From positions 868,001-932,000 of the forward strand of contig OZ320315.1 in NCBI GenBank assembly GCA_976226885.1: a stretch of DNA of 64,000 bases, given 5' to 3'. The notes under the pieces are model-generated. The model was not told the DNA's origin and did not search any database. It saw only the letters and a program-made list of their open reading frames with translations. Below, piece by piece: positions 1-15,500 of the stretch. The DNA is from Iphione sp. A-MEVVRFRX5. Its lineage: Eukaryota. Made by a program: the position numbers and the translations under genes. Positions within the stretch are counted from its first letter, which is position 1; each line of letters starts with the position of its first letter.

Positions 1-509
1 GTTCCTGCTCTGAATTCTTTTCATGAATTATTTTCAGAAATGCATATTTGGAATAATAAAAGGAATAAATATACAAAGGTGATGAAACCCTGTAAAGTTA
101 TTGATATGGACCGACAGGTGAGAAAAGTTATTAATCCGACCTGTACAGTTGTAAGTAGGGATCAACAGGTGGTAAAGTCATCAATGCCGCCTGGAGTAAT
201 GGGTATAGACCGACAATCCCACCTGTACAGTTACAGGTATGAATCAACAGGTGAGAAATGTTACCTGTCCCAGGAATATAGCTACAGGTATGAATCAACA
301 TAGGTGAGACAAAATATCTATCCCAGCTGTACAGTCACAGGTATGGAGTAATGGATGAGAAAACATACCTATCCCACCTATATAGTTACAGGTATGGAGT
401 AACAGATGAGAAATCATATGTATCTTGCCAGCACAGCTATAGGTTAAAAATCACTCACTGATCTTCACCATAGAGTTACAGATGTGGTTAGATGAGTGCT
501 CGCTCCTAC

Positions 510-3500
510 CTGAGTTTACGGTGAGGAACTCCACCAATGCTTCCAGACCACTATGCTGGGCAACGGCCGTTTGGTTGTCAGGGTTGTCCACACACAACAT
601 ATGGATGGCATTCACGGCATTGACCAGTACATGCTCCAACTCAGAATCCAAGAGGTTCACCTATGGAGGAAAACAAAGAGACACAAATTTTAGGTCCTTC
701 AGTATAGAGGTGTCCAACAGGCATGTGCAATGAAGAAGTGCAAATCCTCATAGCTTTAGAGGAAGTCTTTGTTTGGGACTTTGGGTTAGTCCTGATAGTA
801 TTACATGGTCGTCAAGGCGGTCCAAGACGGTCAGTCCTAATACTATTAAACGGTCCGTCCAGGTGGTCCTAGACAGTCAGTCCAGATACTATTACATGGT
901 CTATTCAGGGGGTCCTAGAAGGTCAGTCCTGATAGTACAACATGATTAGCTGAGGCAGTCCTGATGGTATTACACAATCAGCCAAGACGGTCCTAGACAG
1001 TCAGTCATGATAGTTTTACATGGTCAGCCAAGGAGGTCTTAGATGGTCAGTCCTGATAGTATTACACGGTGCGTCCATGCAGTCCTAGATGATCAGTCGT
1101 AATAGTAATACACGATCTGTCAGGTGGTCCTAGACTGTCAGTCCTGATAGTATTATATGGTCTGTCCAGGCAGTCCTAGATGGTCAGCCCAATAGTATTA
1201 CATGATCAATCAAGGTAGTCCTAGATGGTCAGTCCTGATAGTATTACACAGTCTGTCAAAGCAGTGATAGACGGTCAGTCCTGATGGTTTTACATGGTCA
1301 GCTAAGGCAGTCCTAGACAATTTTTAAGGCAGTCCTAGCAGACAGTCCTGACAGAATTACACAGTCTGTCCAGGCAGTCCTAGATGGTCAGTCCTGATAG
1401 TATTACATGGTCAGCCGAGGCAGTCCTAGACAGTCATTAAGGCAGTCAAAGACGGTCAGTCCTAATAGCATTAAACGGTCAGTCAAGGCAGTCCTTGATG
1501 GTCAATCCTGATGGTATTACATGGTCCATCAAGGCGGTCATGGACAGTCCAGATAGCAATAGTATTCAATGTATTACCCGCTAGCAGATAAAGTGACTTG
1601 GAGTGTCTTACCAGAGCTGGAATAGCACCTTGCGCAGCAATGGCCTCCTGGTTTCCTGGTAGATGAGCCAGATGACTGAGAACGATGGCTGCCCGTGACT
1701 GAATGTCATCTACCGGACTGGCAAGGAGCTGCACCAGGATGGGTGCTGAGTTTGAAGAAGTGAGGGCTTGACGTATGGACTCATGGCCAGCAATCTTGCA
1801 GAGGACAGAGGCAGCCACTGCCTGCACTTCATCACTCGTCACCCGCAGACACTCCACCAGGGCAGGTACACCATCTAATTCAGGAGAAACCAATCCTAAT
1901 AAAATACGCTAAGCACAGAAGTAGCGACTGCCTGGACTTCATGACTCATCACCCGCAGACATTCCACCAGTGCAGGTACTCCATCTAGTATAGAAGAGAC
2001 CATTCCTATCTAAATAGGATAGGTACTGCCAGGGGTGCCAGCGGGACCATAGTATCTCACCCAACCACTAGAGGGCCAATTTGAACAAATACGCTGCTGC
2101 AGGCTAAACTGAACCAGTCGCTACTGCTGGTACCTCACTGATTGAGACAGATGTACTCATTTCCAAGATCTGCCAAAAAAATGAAGAATAAAGTTTGTTT
2201 ATTTGTATCTGGTTGTTACTTGTCTTATGTGTTGCTTAGAGATATATAGAGTACAGAGGTGGCCACTGCCTCTACTTCATAACTCATCACCCACAAACCC
2301 TCAAATAATACAGGTACACCAGTTAAATTCAGCAGAAACCATTCCTATCTAAATACGCAGAGTGCAGAAGTGGCCACTGCCTGTGGTTCATCACTCATCA
2401 CTCAGAGACACTCGACTAATACAGGTACACCAGTTAAATTCAGCAGAAACCATTCCTATCAAAATACCCAGAGTACAGAAGTGGCCACTGCCTCTACTTC
2501 ATAACTCATCACTCAGAGACACTCGACTAATACAGGTACACCAGTTAAATTCAGTAGGAACCATTCCTATCTAAATATGCAGAGTACAGAAGTGTTCACT
2601 GCCTCTACTTCATCACTCATCACCACCAGATACTCGACTAATACAGGTACACCAGTTAAATTCAGTAGGAACCACTCCTATCTAAATATGCAGAGTACAG
2701 AAGTGGCCACTGCCTGTGGTTCATCACTCATCACTCAGAGACACTCGACTAATACAGGTACACCAGTTAAATTCAGTAGGAACCGCTCCTATCTAAATAT
2801 TTTGAATAGGGAATAGACCGACACGGGTGACAAATGACATGCCTAAAGCTAAAAGGTTGCATATTTTACATAAGGAACTTAAAGCCATATACCGATTGCA
2901 TCAATAACATCATCTTGAGAGAATGTTGGCTCAGTCAAGAATATCATCAACAAAATGCAGTAAAAGCATAAATTATTCCTTGGTAAAGGAATGATAAGAA
3001 GTAACGATCCCATTATTTCTATGGCCTATTTTCCTGCTCACTGCCTACTTTAGGCAAAACTGAAAATTAAGCAGCTTGACGTCAACACCACAGTATCAAA
3101 GCAACAAATACAACCTGTTATTTACAGTGAATAATGGCTGGCGATAATAACATTCTGTGCTACATGACTTTGTGCTTCATACTCATACGTGTCAAACACG
3201 GGACCAAAGCGGGGCTGTCTGCTGTGTCGGAAAGCTGGACAACAAATGCTTATATATACATGCAGCAAATTCTCACCATTGGAGATAAAACCTGTAAAGC
3301 CAAAATTGAATTATTTAGGCATTGTCATATGCTAGACAGTATAAAACATTTTTTCCAGCATTACAGTTAAATAATTCGGTACAACACATGTCAACCATGC
3401 ATGGCTTGAGGCCTAGTTCACACTCCTGGGATACTTCTTACGCACATTTGTCTGGTGTGGTCTAACTCAGACCTACCCTACAGTATGGTGTATCTTAACT

Positions 3501-6500
3501 CTAAACTACCCTATAGTACAGTATGGCATGCCTTAACTCTAACCTACCCTACAGTATGGTGTAGTCTCTGATCTACCCTACAGTACAGTGTAGTCTAACT
3601 CTAACCTACCCTACAGTATGGTGTAGTCTAACTCTAACCTATCCTATAGTACAGTATGGCATACCCTAACTATGACCTACGCTACAGTATAGTGTAGTCT
3701 AACTCTGACCTACCCTACAGTATGGCATGGTCTAACTCTGACCTATGTTACAGTACGGTGTAGCCTAACTCTGACCTTACCATACAGTACAGTGTAGTCT
3801 AACTCTGACCTTCCCTGCAGTACAGTGTAGTCTAACTATGACCTACCCTACAGTACAGTGTAGTCTAACTCTAACCTATCCTACAGTATGGTGCAGTCTA
3901 ACTGGCCTACCCTACAGTACAGTGTAGTCTCACTCATACCTTACCCTACAGTATGGCATACCCTATGACCTACCCTACACCATGACATGGTCTAATTCTG
4001 ACCTACCCTACAGTATAATCTAGTCTAATTCTGACCTACCCTACAGTACAGTGTAGACTAACTCCAACCTACCCTACAGGACGCATAGTCTAACTCTGAC
4101 CTACCTTACAGTACAGTGTAGTCTAACTCTGACCTACCTTACAGTACAGTGTAGTCTAACTGACCTACCCTACAGTACAGTGTAGTCTAACTCTGACCTA
4201 CCCTGCAGTACAGTGTAGTCTAACTCTGACCTACCCTACAGTACAGTGTAGTCTAACTCTGACCTTACCCTACAGTATGGTGTGGTCTAACTTTGACCTT
4301 ACCCTACAGTATGCTGTGGCCTAACTCTGACCTTACCCTACAGTATGGCATACCCTATGACCTACCCTACAGCATGACATGGTCTAATTCTGACCTACCC
4401 TACAGTATAATCTAGTCTAATTCTGACCTACCCTACAGTATGGTGTAGACTAACTCCGACCTACCCTACAGTATGCATAGTCTAACTCTGACCTACATTA
4501 CAGTATCCCAGCTATTAGGCTATACACTGCAGTCTTGTCCTTTAAACTATGATCTGCTGCTGGGCATCCACTCAAAGATGCAAAACAAATGAATCTTTTC
4601 CTTTATCCATACCCAGAGGGTGTACTCTACTGGCAGAAATGTTCACTCTGGATCAACTTCCAGACAAACATGGCGCCCACAAACTGAGAGTTTTCCCAGG
4701 TCCGAGATGTCTCTTGTGAGTATCTGTTATAAATAGCCCGGGGGGGGGGGGTTGGACAGCCTAGTGATTACGGAATATGCTATCTGCTGTGGTGCCCCCT
4801 GGATTCCAGGCAGACACCTAGTGTCCATTATCCAGTACTAAAGCTCCAAACCTGAAAGTATAGTTTGGATACAAGGATAGACGCTGGGGAAAGGTGATAC
4901 TGTCAAGCAGAGCATATCTAACCTGACATGTCACTGCAGAGTGGGCGTAACAATATTCTCACATGGTCTATGCAGGATAGCTTCAATTCTTATCATTGTT
5001 CAGTATCCCTGGGTAAAGGTGATGCTCTCAAGCAGAGCATATCTAACCTGATATGTCACTGCAGAGTGGGCGTAACAATATTCTCACACGGTCTATGCAG
5101 GATAGCTTCAGTTCTTATCATTGTTCAGTATCCCTGGGTAAAGGTGATGCTCTCAAGCAGAGCATATCTAACCTGATATGTCACTACAGAGTGGGCATAA
5201 CAATATTCTCACATGGTCTATGCAGGACAGCTTCAGTTCTTATCATTGTTCAGTATCCCTGGGTAAAGGTGATGCTCTCAAGCAGAGCATATCTAACCTG
5301 ATATGTCACTGCAGAGTGGGCATAACAATATTCTCACATGGTCTATGCAGGATAGCTTCAGTTCTTATCATTGTTCAGTATCCCTGGGTAAAGGTGATGC
5401 TGTCAAGCAGAGCATATCTAACCTGACATGTCACTGCAGAGTGGGCATAACAATATTCTCACACAGTCTATGCAGGATAGCTTCAGTTCTTATCATTGTT
5501 CTGTATTTAAATGCTTTCGTTTGTTCGGGGTGACTTTGATGATACCTCAAGGTAGATTTGTGTTTAGGAGAAGGACTCATCGTGCCTTGTAAAAATCTCG
5601 ATAGTAAACTCGAACATTTGACTTGACAGTCAGTCAGGACTTGATATTTGACTTGACAGAGCAGTCAGGAGTTGATATTTGACTTGTCAGTACAGTCAAG
5701 ACTTAACAGTTGATTTGTCAGTAGAATCAAGACTTAACAGTTGACTAGTCAGGACAGTCAAGACTTGATATTTGACTTAATTGTACAACCAGAACTTGGT
5801 ATCTGACTTGATATTTGACTGAGCAGTAAAGTCAGGACTTGATTTTTGAATGAGTTTCATTAAACAACATTCCAATTAGAGATTGAGTTTATTGGGATAT
5901 TCAGTGTCAGGCAACAGCCACTTTGTGAAAAGAAAAACCTTCTAAAATCTATTTCTGATATTCAATGTGAGGTAGTGAAATGCTGAAGTCAACGGTTACC
6001 TGCTTCCAGTATGGCCCTCCAGTGATCAGGGTCAGACGTGGCCATTACCTCCAGACACTTGACGGCGCTGTCCTTCTTCCGAATATCTTCATTCCGCAGC
6101 ATGCCTGACAGGACCAAGGACAGGACACCATGACAGGCCAACGGGGTTCATAACAAATATGAGGTTTGGAGATGAAACACTATATGTTTTAATGCATTAT
6201 ATGCATGGAAGAAATAACTGCCGTCAATACCTGTTCTTATATACGCCATTATATACGTCATGATTATATTCAAAAACAGTTTTACTTGAGAAATATATTT
6301 ACTTGATGCAGAATGTGTAGTATAAAATGACCCAGTATAAACCTTATTTCATCAACAGTATATTATGGAATCACAAGACTATGATGCATCCTAACATCCC
6401 CATATGTAGACTCCAGCATATTACTGTAGCATCATAATACTACAATACTTATCTACTAATAATCCCCAGATCCTGATATCTGGGTGGTCCCACCACATGG

Positions 6501-9500
6501 ATGACTCCAGCATATTACTGTGGCATTGTAATACTATAACACTTACCTATTAATGATCCCGAGATATTAATATCTGGGTGGTCCCACCACACGGATGACT
6601 ACAGCATATTATTGTGACATCGTAATACTAGGACACTGACCTACTAACAATCCCCAGACGTTGATATCTGGGTGGTCCCACTGGATGAAGAATTCCAGCA
6701 CGTTTGTGTGGAATCGCAGGGCTGCCAGGTGAACCACGTTGTTGCCCTCCTCGTCCTGGCAGAGCAGGTTAGCTCCTATGCTGATGAGGCACTTCACCAC
6801 TGCCAGTGCCCCTGAACTTGCAGCAAGTAGGATTGGAGTTGACTTGAGTCTAAAGGAAATAAATGAGTTGTATTAAGCGTTCATGGGAAGAGGAGGAGTA
6901 AGACGGTAGTCAGAAGTGTTTCACTACAATTCCTGTGCCTCATCTCTGGGCATAGTTATACAGAAATCAGCATGGACTTTGTGCTTCTTGGTGCTGAAAT
7001 CATCTATGAGGAGAAAATAAGCCATAGACCAATAGTCTAGTAATGAGTACTACAAACTAGTAACAAAGACTCACTCGTTCTTGGTGGTGAGCTCCAAGAG
7101 ATTCTCGGACTTGCGTATCATAACACGAACAATTGACTCGTGGTTGAAGAAGGCAGCATGGTGCACCGGTGTCCAGCCATCTTCATCTGTAGCCATCACA
7201 TTAGCTTTTGTAGCCATCAGACAACATACGGCTTCCAACGACCCGCAGCGTGCTGCCAGGTGCAGTGGTGTTGGTCCTGCATTGCCAATATTACAAGAGA
7301 ATTAATAAAACTGACAACAGTCTTTTGGTGATTGAAGTGAAAGAAGACAGTGTGAAGAAGCAATAGACATATTTCTGAGGAGTGACTGTTAGTAAAAAGG
7401 TATGATAAAAGCACATTAGAAAGAAGCTATACTTTTTTGTAAAGGAGATATGCTCTGTATTGCCCAGATAAGTAAATGTGAACAGATACCGCGATAATAA
7501 CATTGATAGAGGGGTCAGAAACAGAACGATGGCAGGAATATTTTATACCGATTTGTTAGTCCTGTATAAGAAAAAAAAACAGTCCTTTTTAAGTGCGGAT
7601 TACAAGAAAACTTGAATTCTTTATTAGTAAGGTACGAATGAATACATTCAAGGGAGAATATGGATTTCAAAGAAAAAAGTTAAAGGTAGTCATCTTAGTT
7701 CTTCAAGGATCATACTTTACATAGGATTAGTTTGAAAACTGAGTTATATGTAAATCACACTGCAAGTCCACTCTCGTTGCTTCAAACATTCTTCTATTTG
7801 GTTTAGCTATATGACCAATGCAAAGAGCATGTAAAAGAGGATGTGATGTGAGCTTCTCACCAGTCCTTAAGTAGGATGGAACATATCCTGTAGAGTGCAA
7901 TGTAAGGTGTCATAATTCAACAAGGAAAATCAGGGAAATAAAAGAAAACAGAAACGTTGTGAAACGAAACAGCTGAAAAAGAAAAGGTTGAAAAGCGGGC
8001 AATGTTGAACTCTGAACCATTACACTATCATTTATTGTAGAATGTTTCCTTGTTCCTGGTGCTAAAATAAAATGCAAAAAAACAATGATGTCAGATGTCT
8101 ATTGACTTTTTCAGCCCCATGCCTTTCCTGGAAATGTCTCCATATTAGACATTTCAATGGCAGACTACAGTAAAGTCTCGGTAGTATGCCAACCAAAAAC
8201 AAGACTGACTTCTTTGACTGTGGTAGATTTGCTGTAACTGCCATTTGTCTATAGTTTGAGGTCACCAGTGCTGGCCACCGAGGGGTCCTGCTATGTGGGG
8301 GTTTACTGTATGCTACTGTTAACCCTTTGCCTGCTTTGTACGGTTTTACTGTATCCTACTGTTAACCCTTTGCCTGCTACATGGGGTTTTGCTGTATCCT
8401 ACTGTTAACCCTTTGCCTGCTATGTGGGGTTTTGCTGTATGCTACCGTTAACCCTTTGCCTGCTTCATAGGGTTTTACTGTATCCTACTGTTAACCCTTT
8501 GCCTGCTACATGGGGTTTTGCTGTATGCCACCATTAACCCTTTGTCTGCTGTGTGGGGGTTTACTGGATCCTACTGTTAACCCTTTGCCTGCTGTTTGGG
8601 GGTTTACTGGATCCTACTGTTAACCCTTTGAGGTCAAGCCGGCTACAAGATGAATAAAGAAATCCCACAGCAACTTTCTCTGTTCAGGCTTAAAATGGCG
8701 GAGTAAACGGCATAGTTTATGGCTGACTTATATCTTGGTAAAAACTACCCCTTAGTGACAGTGTATAGAGAAAGTGGAACACAATAAGAATCAAGTTACG
8801 CAGACATGGATTATGAAGTTTGTTATATTTCACTGGAGAGAAACTAGGGGATCCCTGTGAAACTAGCTGGAGTATGGTGGAGGATGGTAGTAAGAGAATA
8901 CCACCACACAGAGGTTGTATATATGCACTGGCATGATGTTTACTGTACTGCACGCTGCCACAGGGGGGCCTGCAGTACAGCGAAATGAATGCCAACACAT
9001 ATACCACCACTGTATGGTGGTATTTTCTTTATGCCATGCATATTTAGCGATAATTAACCCCTTTGAAGCATTCTTGTTGAATCATTTTGTCATCTTTTCA
9101 GAAACCAAAACTTGACATATTCTTAACGCATGCACATGCTCAATAGACCGGAAGTCTCAAAGTCAGGCATGCTCGCTGGGCAGAATATTTACTTCCAGTT
9201 TGCAAGATGATGACGCTATTCACAAAAACCTTTTGTTCAAAGGAAGATATGCATTGAAATGGCTTGACATACATACAGGGTGTGAATATGATCAATATAA
9301 GGCACCCTATTCTCTATTCTGCTGGAAATGGTCTATTCAGATTATATTTTTATGTTGAAAATTCAAATTGACACATGGCACCCATTTTGACTTGGTAAAA
9401 TTGAAACATAAACTCTAGAACCATGAATAATGATTACCTAGACTCAGGTAAAATCCTTGGACATCACATACATTACTGTACTACTTGTGTATCACTTAGC

Positions 9501-12500
9501 AGTGGGGCTTAAAGTGAAAATTCTTGTGCTATACCTTCACCATCTACACTTAGACTCAAAGAACATGGGCATACCAGGTTAATAGTTTTTTGCCTTTTTG
9601 TGACTGAAAGTTTTGAGATGGCAAAGTCAGCCCTTAGTGTCATCTGTTACAGATGTAATATTTCTACAGATTGGTTGATGTAAGAAACACTGGTAAAAGA
9701 CAGATGAACACAAGTGAATAGAACCAATCAACACAGCACACCTCAACGTGCCCAGGGTAAATCATTCATTTTAAACCAGCACAGTACATCATAAGATGCT
9801 GAAGATAAATCTAGAGTTACCCAGAGTATCATATGAAACCAACGTAGCAAATATTAAACGACTAGGAGTAATCCCAGGGCATACTATAAAACTAATGCGG
9901 CAAACATTAAACTGCTGGGAGTAATTACCCAAACTGATACAAATCCAGTGTGTGACTGGGAGTCTCTCATAAGCAAAACCATGCAGTTGCTGGGACAGAT
10001 ATGTTTGACAGGTGTATAACAAGGTATAATTTTATGTCAACATGACACATCGCAAAGTGCTAATGTTGTATGTTGCTGTGTATCATCATCAGGACGTTTC
10101 TAGGCATTCATAAAGGGGAGGGCAATGTTACCTGTTGGATCTGACTCCACTCGTATGCCTTCTTTAGGTTGCAATTACATGAATATAAAGTAGCCTAAAT
10201 TAAGTGTACATCAGAGAGATTGTTCATATATGTGTATACAATGTGCTTGGTGTTAATTATATGAATATAAAGTAGTCTGCATTACATGTATATCAGAGAG
10301 ATTGTTCATTTATGTGTCTACAATGTGCTTGGTGTTAATTATATGAATACAAAGTAGCCTAAATTAACTACACCAGAGAGATTGTTTATATATGTGTATA
10401 CAATGTGCTTGGTGTTAATTATATGAATACAAAGTAGCCTGTATTATGTGTATGACAGAGAGATTGTTTATATATGTGTATACACTGTGCTTGGTATGTA
10501 CAGCTACATGTATGGGGATTTCATTGCTACGTCTGAGTGGATTTCATCACAATGTACACAAGTGCATGTCTATTGCATGTTTTCAGTAGCTAGCTTTCAA
10601 CCCGATAACTACAACTATAACAAGAAAGAGGACCTATCAGGTCTACTGACCCCCACCAGCCACTGAATCAAGTGCAACTAATTAGTTCTGCCTGAGTGAG
10701 CAGACTATGACATAGCTTCATAACTTCAAATCTACAAACTGACTGACTGACTGACAAACTGACTGACTGACTCTGTGTGTATGTATGTGCAACTACTTAT
10801 TAAAACAAAGTTTGATTTTTTTTGCCATATGGGAAAATACTATATTAGGAATTGTAACATTTCATACAATAGTTTCAGAGAAGATAGACCCAGAAGGTCA
10901 TGATGAAGGGTCAGGCAGCAGTATTCTTAAAGTCCACTTCTCTGTGAGGTGGGAGACAATAAAAATGCTTTCATTTGAGAAACATCTAAGCCTTGGGTGA
11001 GGGAGGTAGGGGAGATGTCAAGGGTAAGAGGAGCATGGGCAGGGAGAGCTGAGATACAGAGGGGCATGGACGGGGAGGAGTACAGATACAGAGGGTAACA
11101 AACAGGAAAATGAGATACAGAGGGGCATGGATGGAACGGGGTAGAGGTACAGAGGGTAACAGACAGTGAGAGGAGATAAGGAGGGTAAGAAACAGGGAGA
11201 GGAGATATGGAGGGGCATGGTTAGGGGTTTTCAGGTCCCTACCTTGGGAGAGGAATGTATTGTTACGCCGCACGTTGATGTCCATGGACTGTAGCAGTAG
11301 GTAAGCAATAATCTGCGGCCGGTTCATAATGGCTGCCCAGTGAACCAGTGACAGTCCCGTCTCATCCTGCTTTGCAAGGCGTGGTCCGTTGTGCTTTCTA
11401 CAGAGGGCGATGAAGAGAGCAATCAGCCCCCGACGTGCTGCTGCCTTCTGGCCATTAGGCACACTCTGCATGCACAGATAGAGTAATAGCAGATTAATAT
11501 ATAACATTAATAGATGAAATTAAATGATAATATTAATATATAGTATATACTATGTTAAGAGGATCAGGCCCCGACGTGCTGCTGCCTTCTGGCCATTAGG
11601 CACACTCTGCATGCACAGATAGAGTAATAGCAGATTAATATATAGCATTGATAGATCAAATTAAATGATATTAATATATAATACATACTTAGAATTGCCA
11701 ATAAAAAATCAACCTTACTTAACCTGGTCGTCTAGAGTTGTGGTATACTACTGATAAGAATAAATATATAATATAAACTATGTTTAGAGGATCTGCCCCT
11801 GACATGCTGCTGCCTGTTGGCCATTAGGCATGCTCTGCATGCATAGATAGATAATAGTAGATTAATATATATATATCAATTTATATGATATTATATACAT
11901 ACATATATATATATAATATTAATATATAATGCTACATTTAGAGTGACCAGCCACCGATATGCTGCTGCCTCTGGCCATTAGGCACACTTCGCATGCACAG
12001 ATAGAGTAATGGTATATAATATCAATATATAGTATAAATATATACTATGTTTAGAGTGACCGGCCGCTGACGTGCTGCCACCTTCTGGCCATTAGGCACA
12101 CTCTGCACACACAGATAGATAGCATCTGGCGTTCACAGACTGAGGATTGGTCCTGATCACATTTTACTACTCGTACAACTGACATCAAGTCATTCACAGT
12201 ACCATGGAACATAAGAACCTACAAAGACACTCTAGAAACACAAAACAGTATCCGATATACAACATAAGGAAATCTGATAAAGCATCAGATGTACCTCACA
12301 GGGAAATAATATTGTCTATTTATCCTGTATTTGAAGATTTTCTCTCCTACTATATGATAGCTTCCTAACCTGGTATTTGATTCCTTACCTCATATTTGAC
12401 ATTTTTTCCTACACTGTATTTGATGGCTTCCTTACCCAATATCTAATAGCTTTCTACTTTGTATTTGATGGATCTATTACCTTATGTTTGACGGTTTTCT

Positions 12501-15500
12501 TTGAGAGTACATGATAGTTTTATTACCTTATATTTGATGGCTTTATTGCCCTATATTTGATGGCTATTATTTACCTTGTATTTGATGGCTTTCTTATAAC
12601 CAAAGAGTTTCTTGAACGTCTCGTGGATCTGGATCTCATTGATTTGCTGTCGTTTAAAGCGCAGCTTGGAGGTTTCTTCACACATGACATGCACCCACTT
12701 AGGCTTCTGGGGGGACTGCGGGTAGTACGTCTCAAAGTCCATGTGGAAGGCATGGTACCTGTAAACAAACCACATAACAAGATGTATGAGTCACGTAAAC
12801 TGTGGCGATTATCATCATGATCTATGTTGTTCCTTCTATCTCTTATCTCATACAGGCATGAAATATCCATCATCACACGCATCTTATCTCTACCTTATAC
12901 AGGTATGAAACATTCCACCACCATTATTATCATGTACTTCTTAACTCTACCTCAGCCGCAGATGAAATCTCGCACCATCCTTATCATGTACCTCTTTCCC
13001 CCTACTTCTTATACAGGTATCAGGGAGCCATCATGCATGGGTGTGTTCTGACACATATGAAACCTCTCACCATTGTTATTACGTACCTCTTTCCTCCTAC
13101 TTCATATACAGGTTTCAGAAGCCATCATGCATGGGTGTGTTCTGACACATATGAAACCTCTCACCATTGTTATCACGTACCTCTTTCCCCCTACTTCATA
13201 TACAGGTATCGAAAGCCATCATGCATGGGTGTGTTCTGACACATATGAAACCTCTCACCATCGTTATCACGTACCTCTTTCCCCCTACTTCATATACAGG
13301 TATCAGAAGCCATCATGCATGGGTGTGTTCTGACACATATGAAACCTCTCACCATCATTATCACGTACCTCTTTCCCCCTACTTCATATACAGGTATCAG
13401 AAGCCATCATGTACGGATGTGTTCTGACACATATGAAACCTCTCACCATCGTTATCACATACCTCTTTCCCCCTACTTCACATACAGGTATCGAAAGCCA
13501 TCATGCATGGGTGTGTTTGGACACATATAAAACCTCTCACAATCGTTATCATGTACCTCTTTTCGCCTACTTCATATACAGGTATCAGAGAGCCATCATG
13601 CATGGGTGTGTTCTGACACATATATAACCTCTCACCATCGTTATCATGTACCTCTTTCCCCCTACTTCATATACAGGTATCGGGAAGCCGTCATGCATGG
13701 GTGTGTTCTGGTCCAACCACCGTAGCATCTGTCGCTGAGTGTCTGCCACCAAGTGTTCATACTGCTCCTCCACCTCTGGTCCTGCCTGTGTCGGATTGGG
13801 CGTCTCATATTCAATGTTGATCCCTGACACAGAAAGGAATGATTATAAGACCAGCCATTCACTACACAGACCGGTAGTACAGAGAGGATAGATTGACTTT
13901 CTTTATGGAACAACATATCACATAAGTCTGGAATAACTAACCAGGCTCAGCAACTGACCTCTGCCAGTCCACAGTTCACACATAACCAGACTCAACAACT
14001 CATCAAAACCAGTCCACGGTTTACACATAATGAGACTCGATGAATCACTTCTACCATTCCATGGTTTACACATAACCAGACTCAAGAACTCACCTCTACC
14101 AGCCCACCATTCAGACCTAACCAGACTCAGCAACTAACACCCTACCAGTCCACTGTTCACACGTAACCACTCAACAACTCACCCCTACCAGTCCACGATT
14201 CACACGTAACCATACTCAGCAACTCATCCATACCAGTCCACGATTCACACGTAACCATACTCAACAACTCATCCATACCAGTCCACTGTTCACACATAAC
14301 CATACTCAGCAACTCATCCATAGCAGTTCATGTTTAACACATAACGACACTCAGAAACACGCCCTTCCAGTCCATGGTTCATGCCATTCTTACATATCTA
14401 CTCAAGCATGATGCCTTTGAGTGTAAGGTGACTAGCAGCTGTTAGCAAATGGAAGGAAAATATACTGAACTGCCTTTTTTCACCTTTCCAAACAATTAAA
14501 CATTTCAAAACATTAGGTTACAGTAGGCTGTTAGCCATAAGGAGCATATTATATTCACAAATATGGATGGACTCAAGATGTGGATTAAGCCGACAGTAGG
14601 ACAGACTACAGAGATGTAACTAGATCTGAAAGTGAGGCAGACAGACTCGTCACTCATGAGGCAAGGTGTGACCTAAAAGTCAGATTCATGAGGTGTGGTG
14701 GGACCTGTGTCAGATTCACGAGGTGTGGTGGGACCTGAGTCAGACTCATGAGGTGTGGTAAGGCCTGAAAGTCAGATTCATGAGGTATCGTGGGACCTGA
14801 GAGTCAGACTAAAGAGGTGTAGTGGGACCTGAGTCAGATTCACGAGGTGTGGTGGGACCTGAGTCAGACTCATGAGGTGTAGTGGGACCTGAGAGTCAGA
14901 TTCATGAGGTATCGTGGGACCTGAGAGTCAGACTAAAGAGGTGTAGTGGGACCTGAGTCAGATTCACGAGGTGTGGTGGGACCTGAGTCAGACTCATGAG
15001 GTGTAGTGGGACCTGAGAGTCAGATTCATGAGGTATCGTGGGACCTGAGAGTCAGACTAAAGAGGTGTAGTGGGACCTGAGTCAGATTCACGAGGTGTGG
15101 TGGGACCTGAGTCAGATTCACGAGGTGTGGTGGGACCTAAGAGTCAGACTCATGAGGTGTGGTAGGATCTGAAAGTCAGACTAATGAGGTGTGGTGTGAC
15201 ATGAATGTTAGACTCATGAGGTATTGTGGGGCCTGAGAGTCAGATTCACGAGGTGTAGTGGACAGACTTACAAGATGTGGATGGACCTGACAGCGGGATA
15301 GACTACCACGCCTGGACGCGATAGTGGGACAGACTGACTCAGAAGTCGTGGATGGAACTGACAGTTGGACAGACAGATGAAAGGTTGCACAGCAGTCTTC
15401 CCAGGGTTCTTCCCTAGATGTAGTGGGTGGAAGTGGGTGGAGGTGCTCACTTTGCATGTACGAAAATGGTGATATACAGGAACAACACAGGTAAGAAAAG

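Noticed and set aside
2030-2140. Possible CAG..CTG MITE
   Set aside because: Weak inverted match and no target-site duplication.
9145-9334. AT|AGACC..GGTCT|AT candidate element
   Set aside because: Only 5 bp of inverted identity; could be chance.
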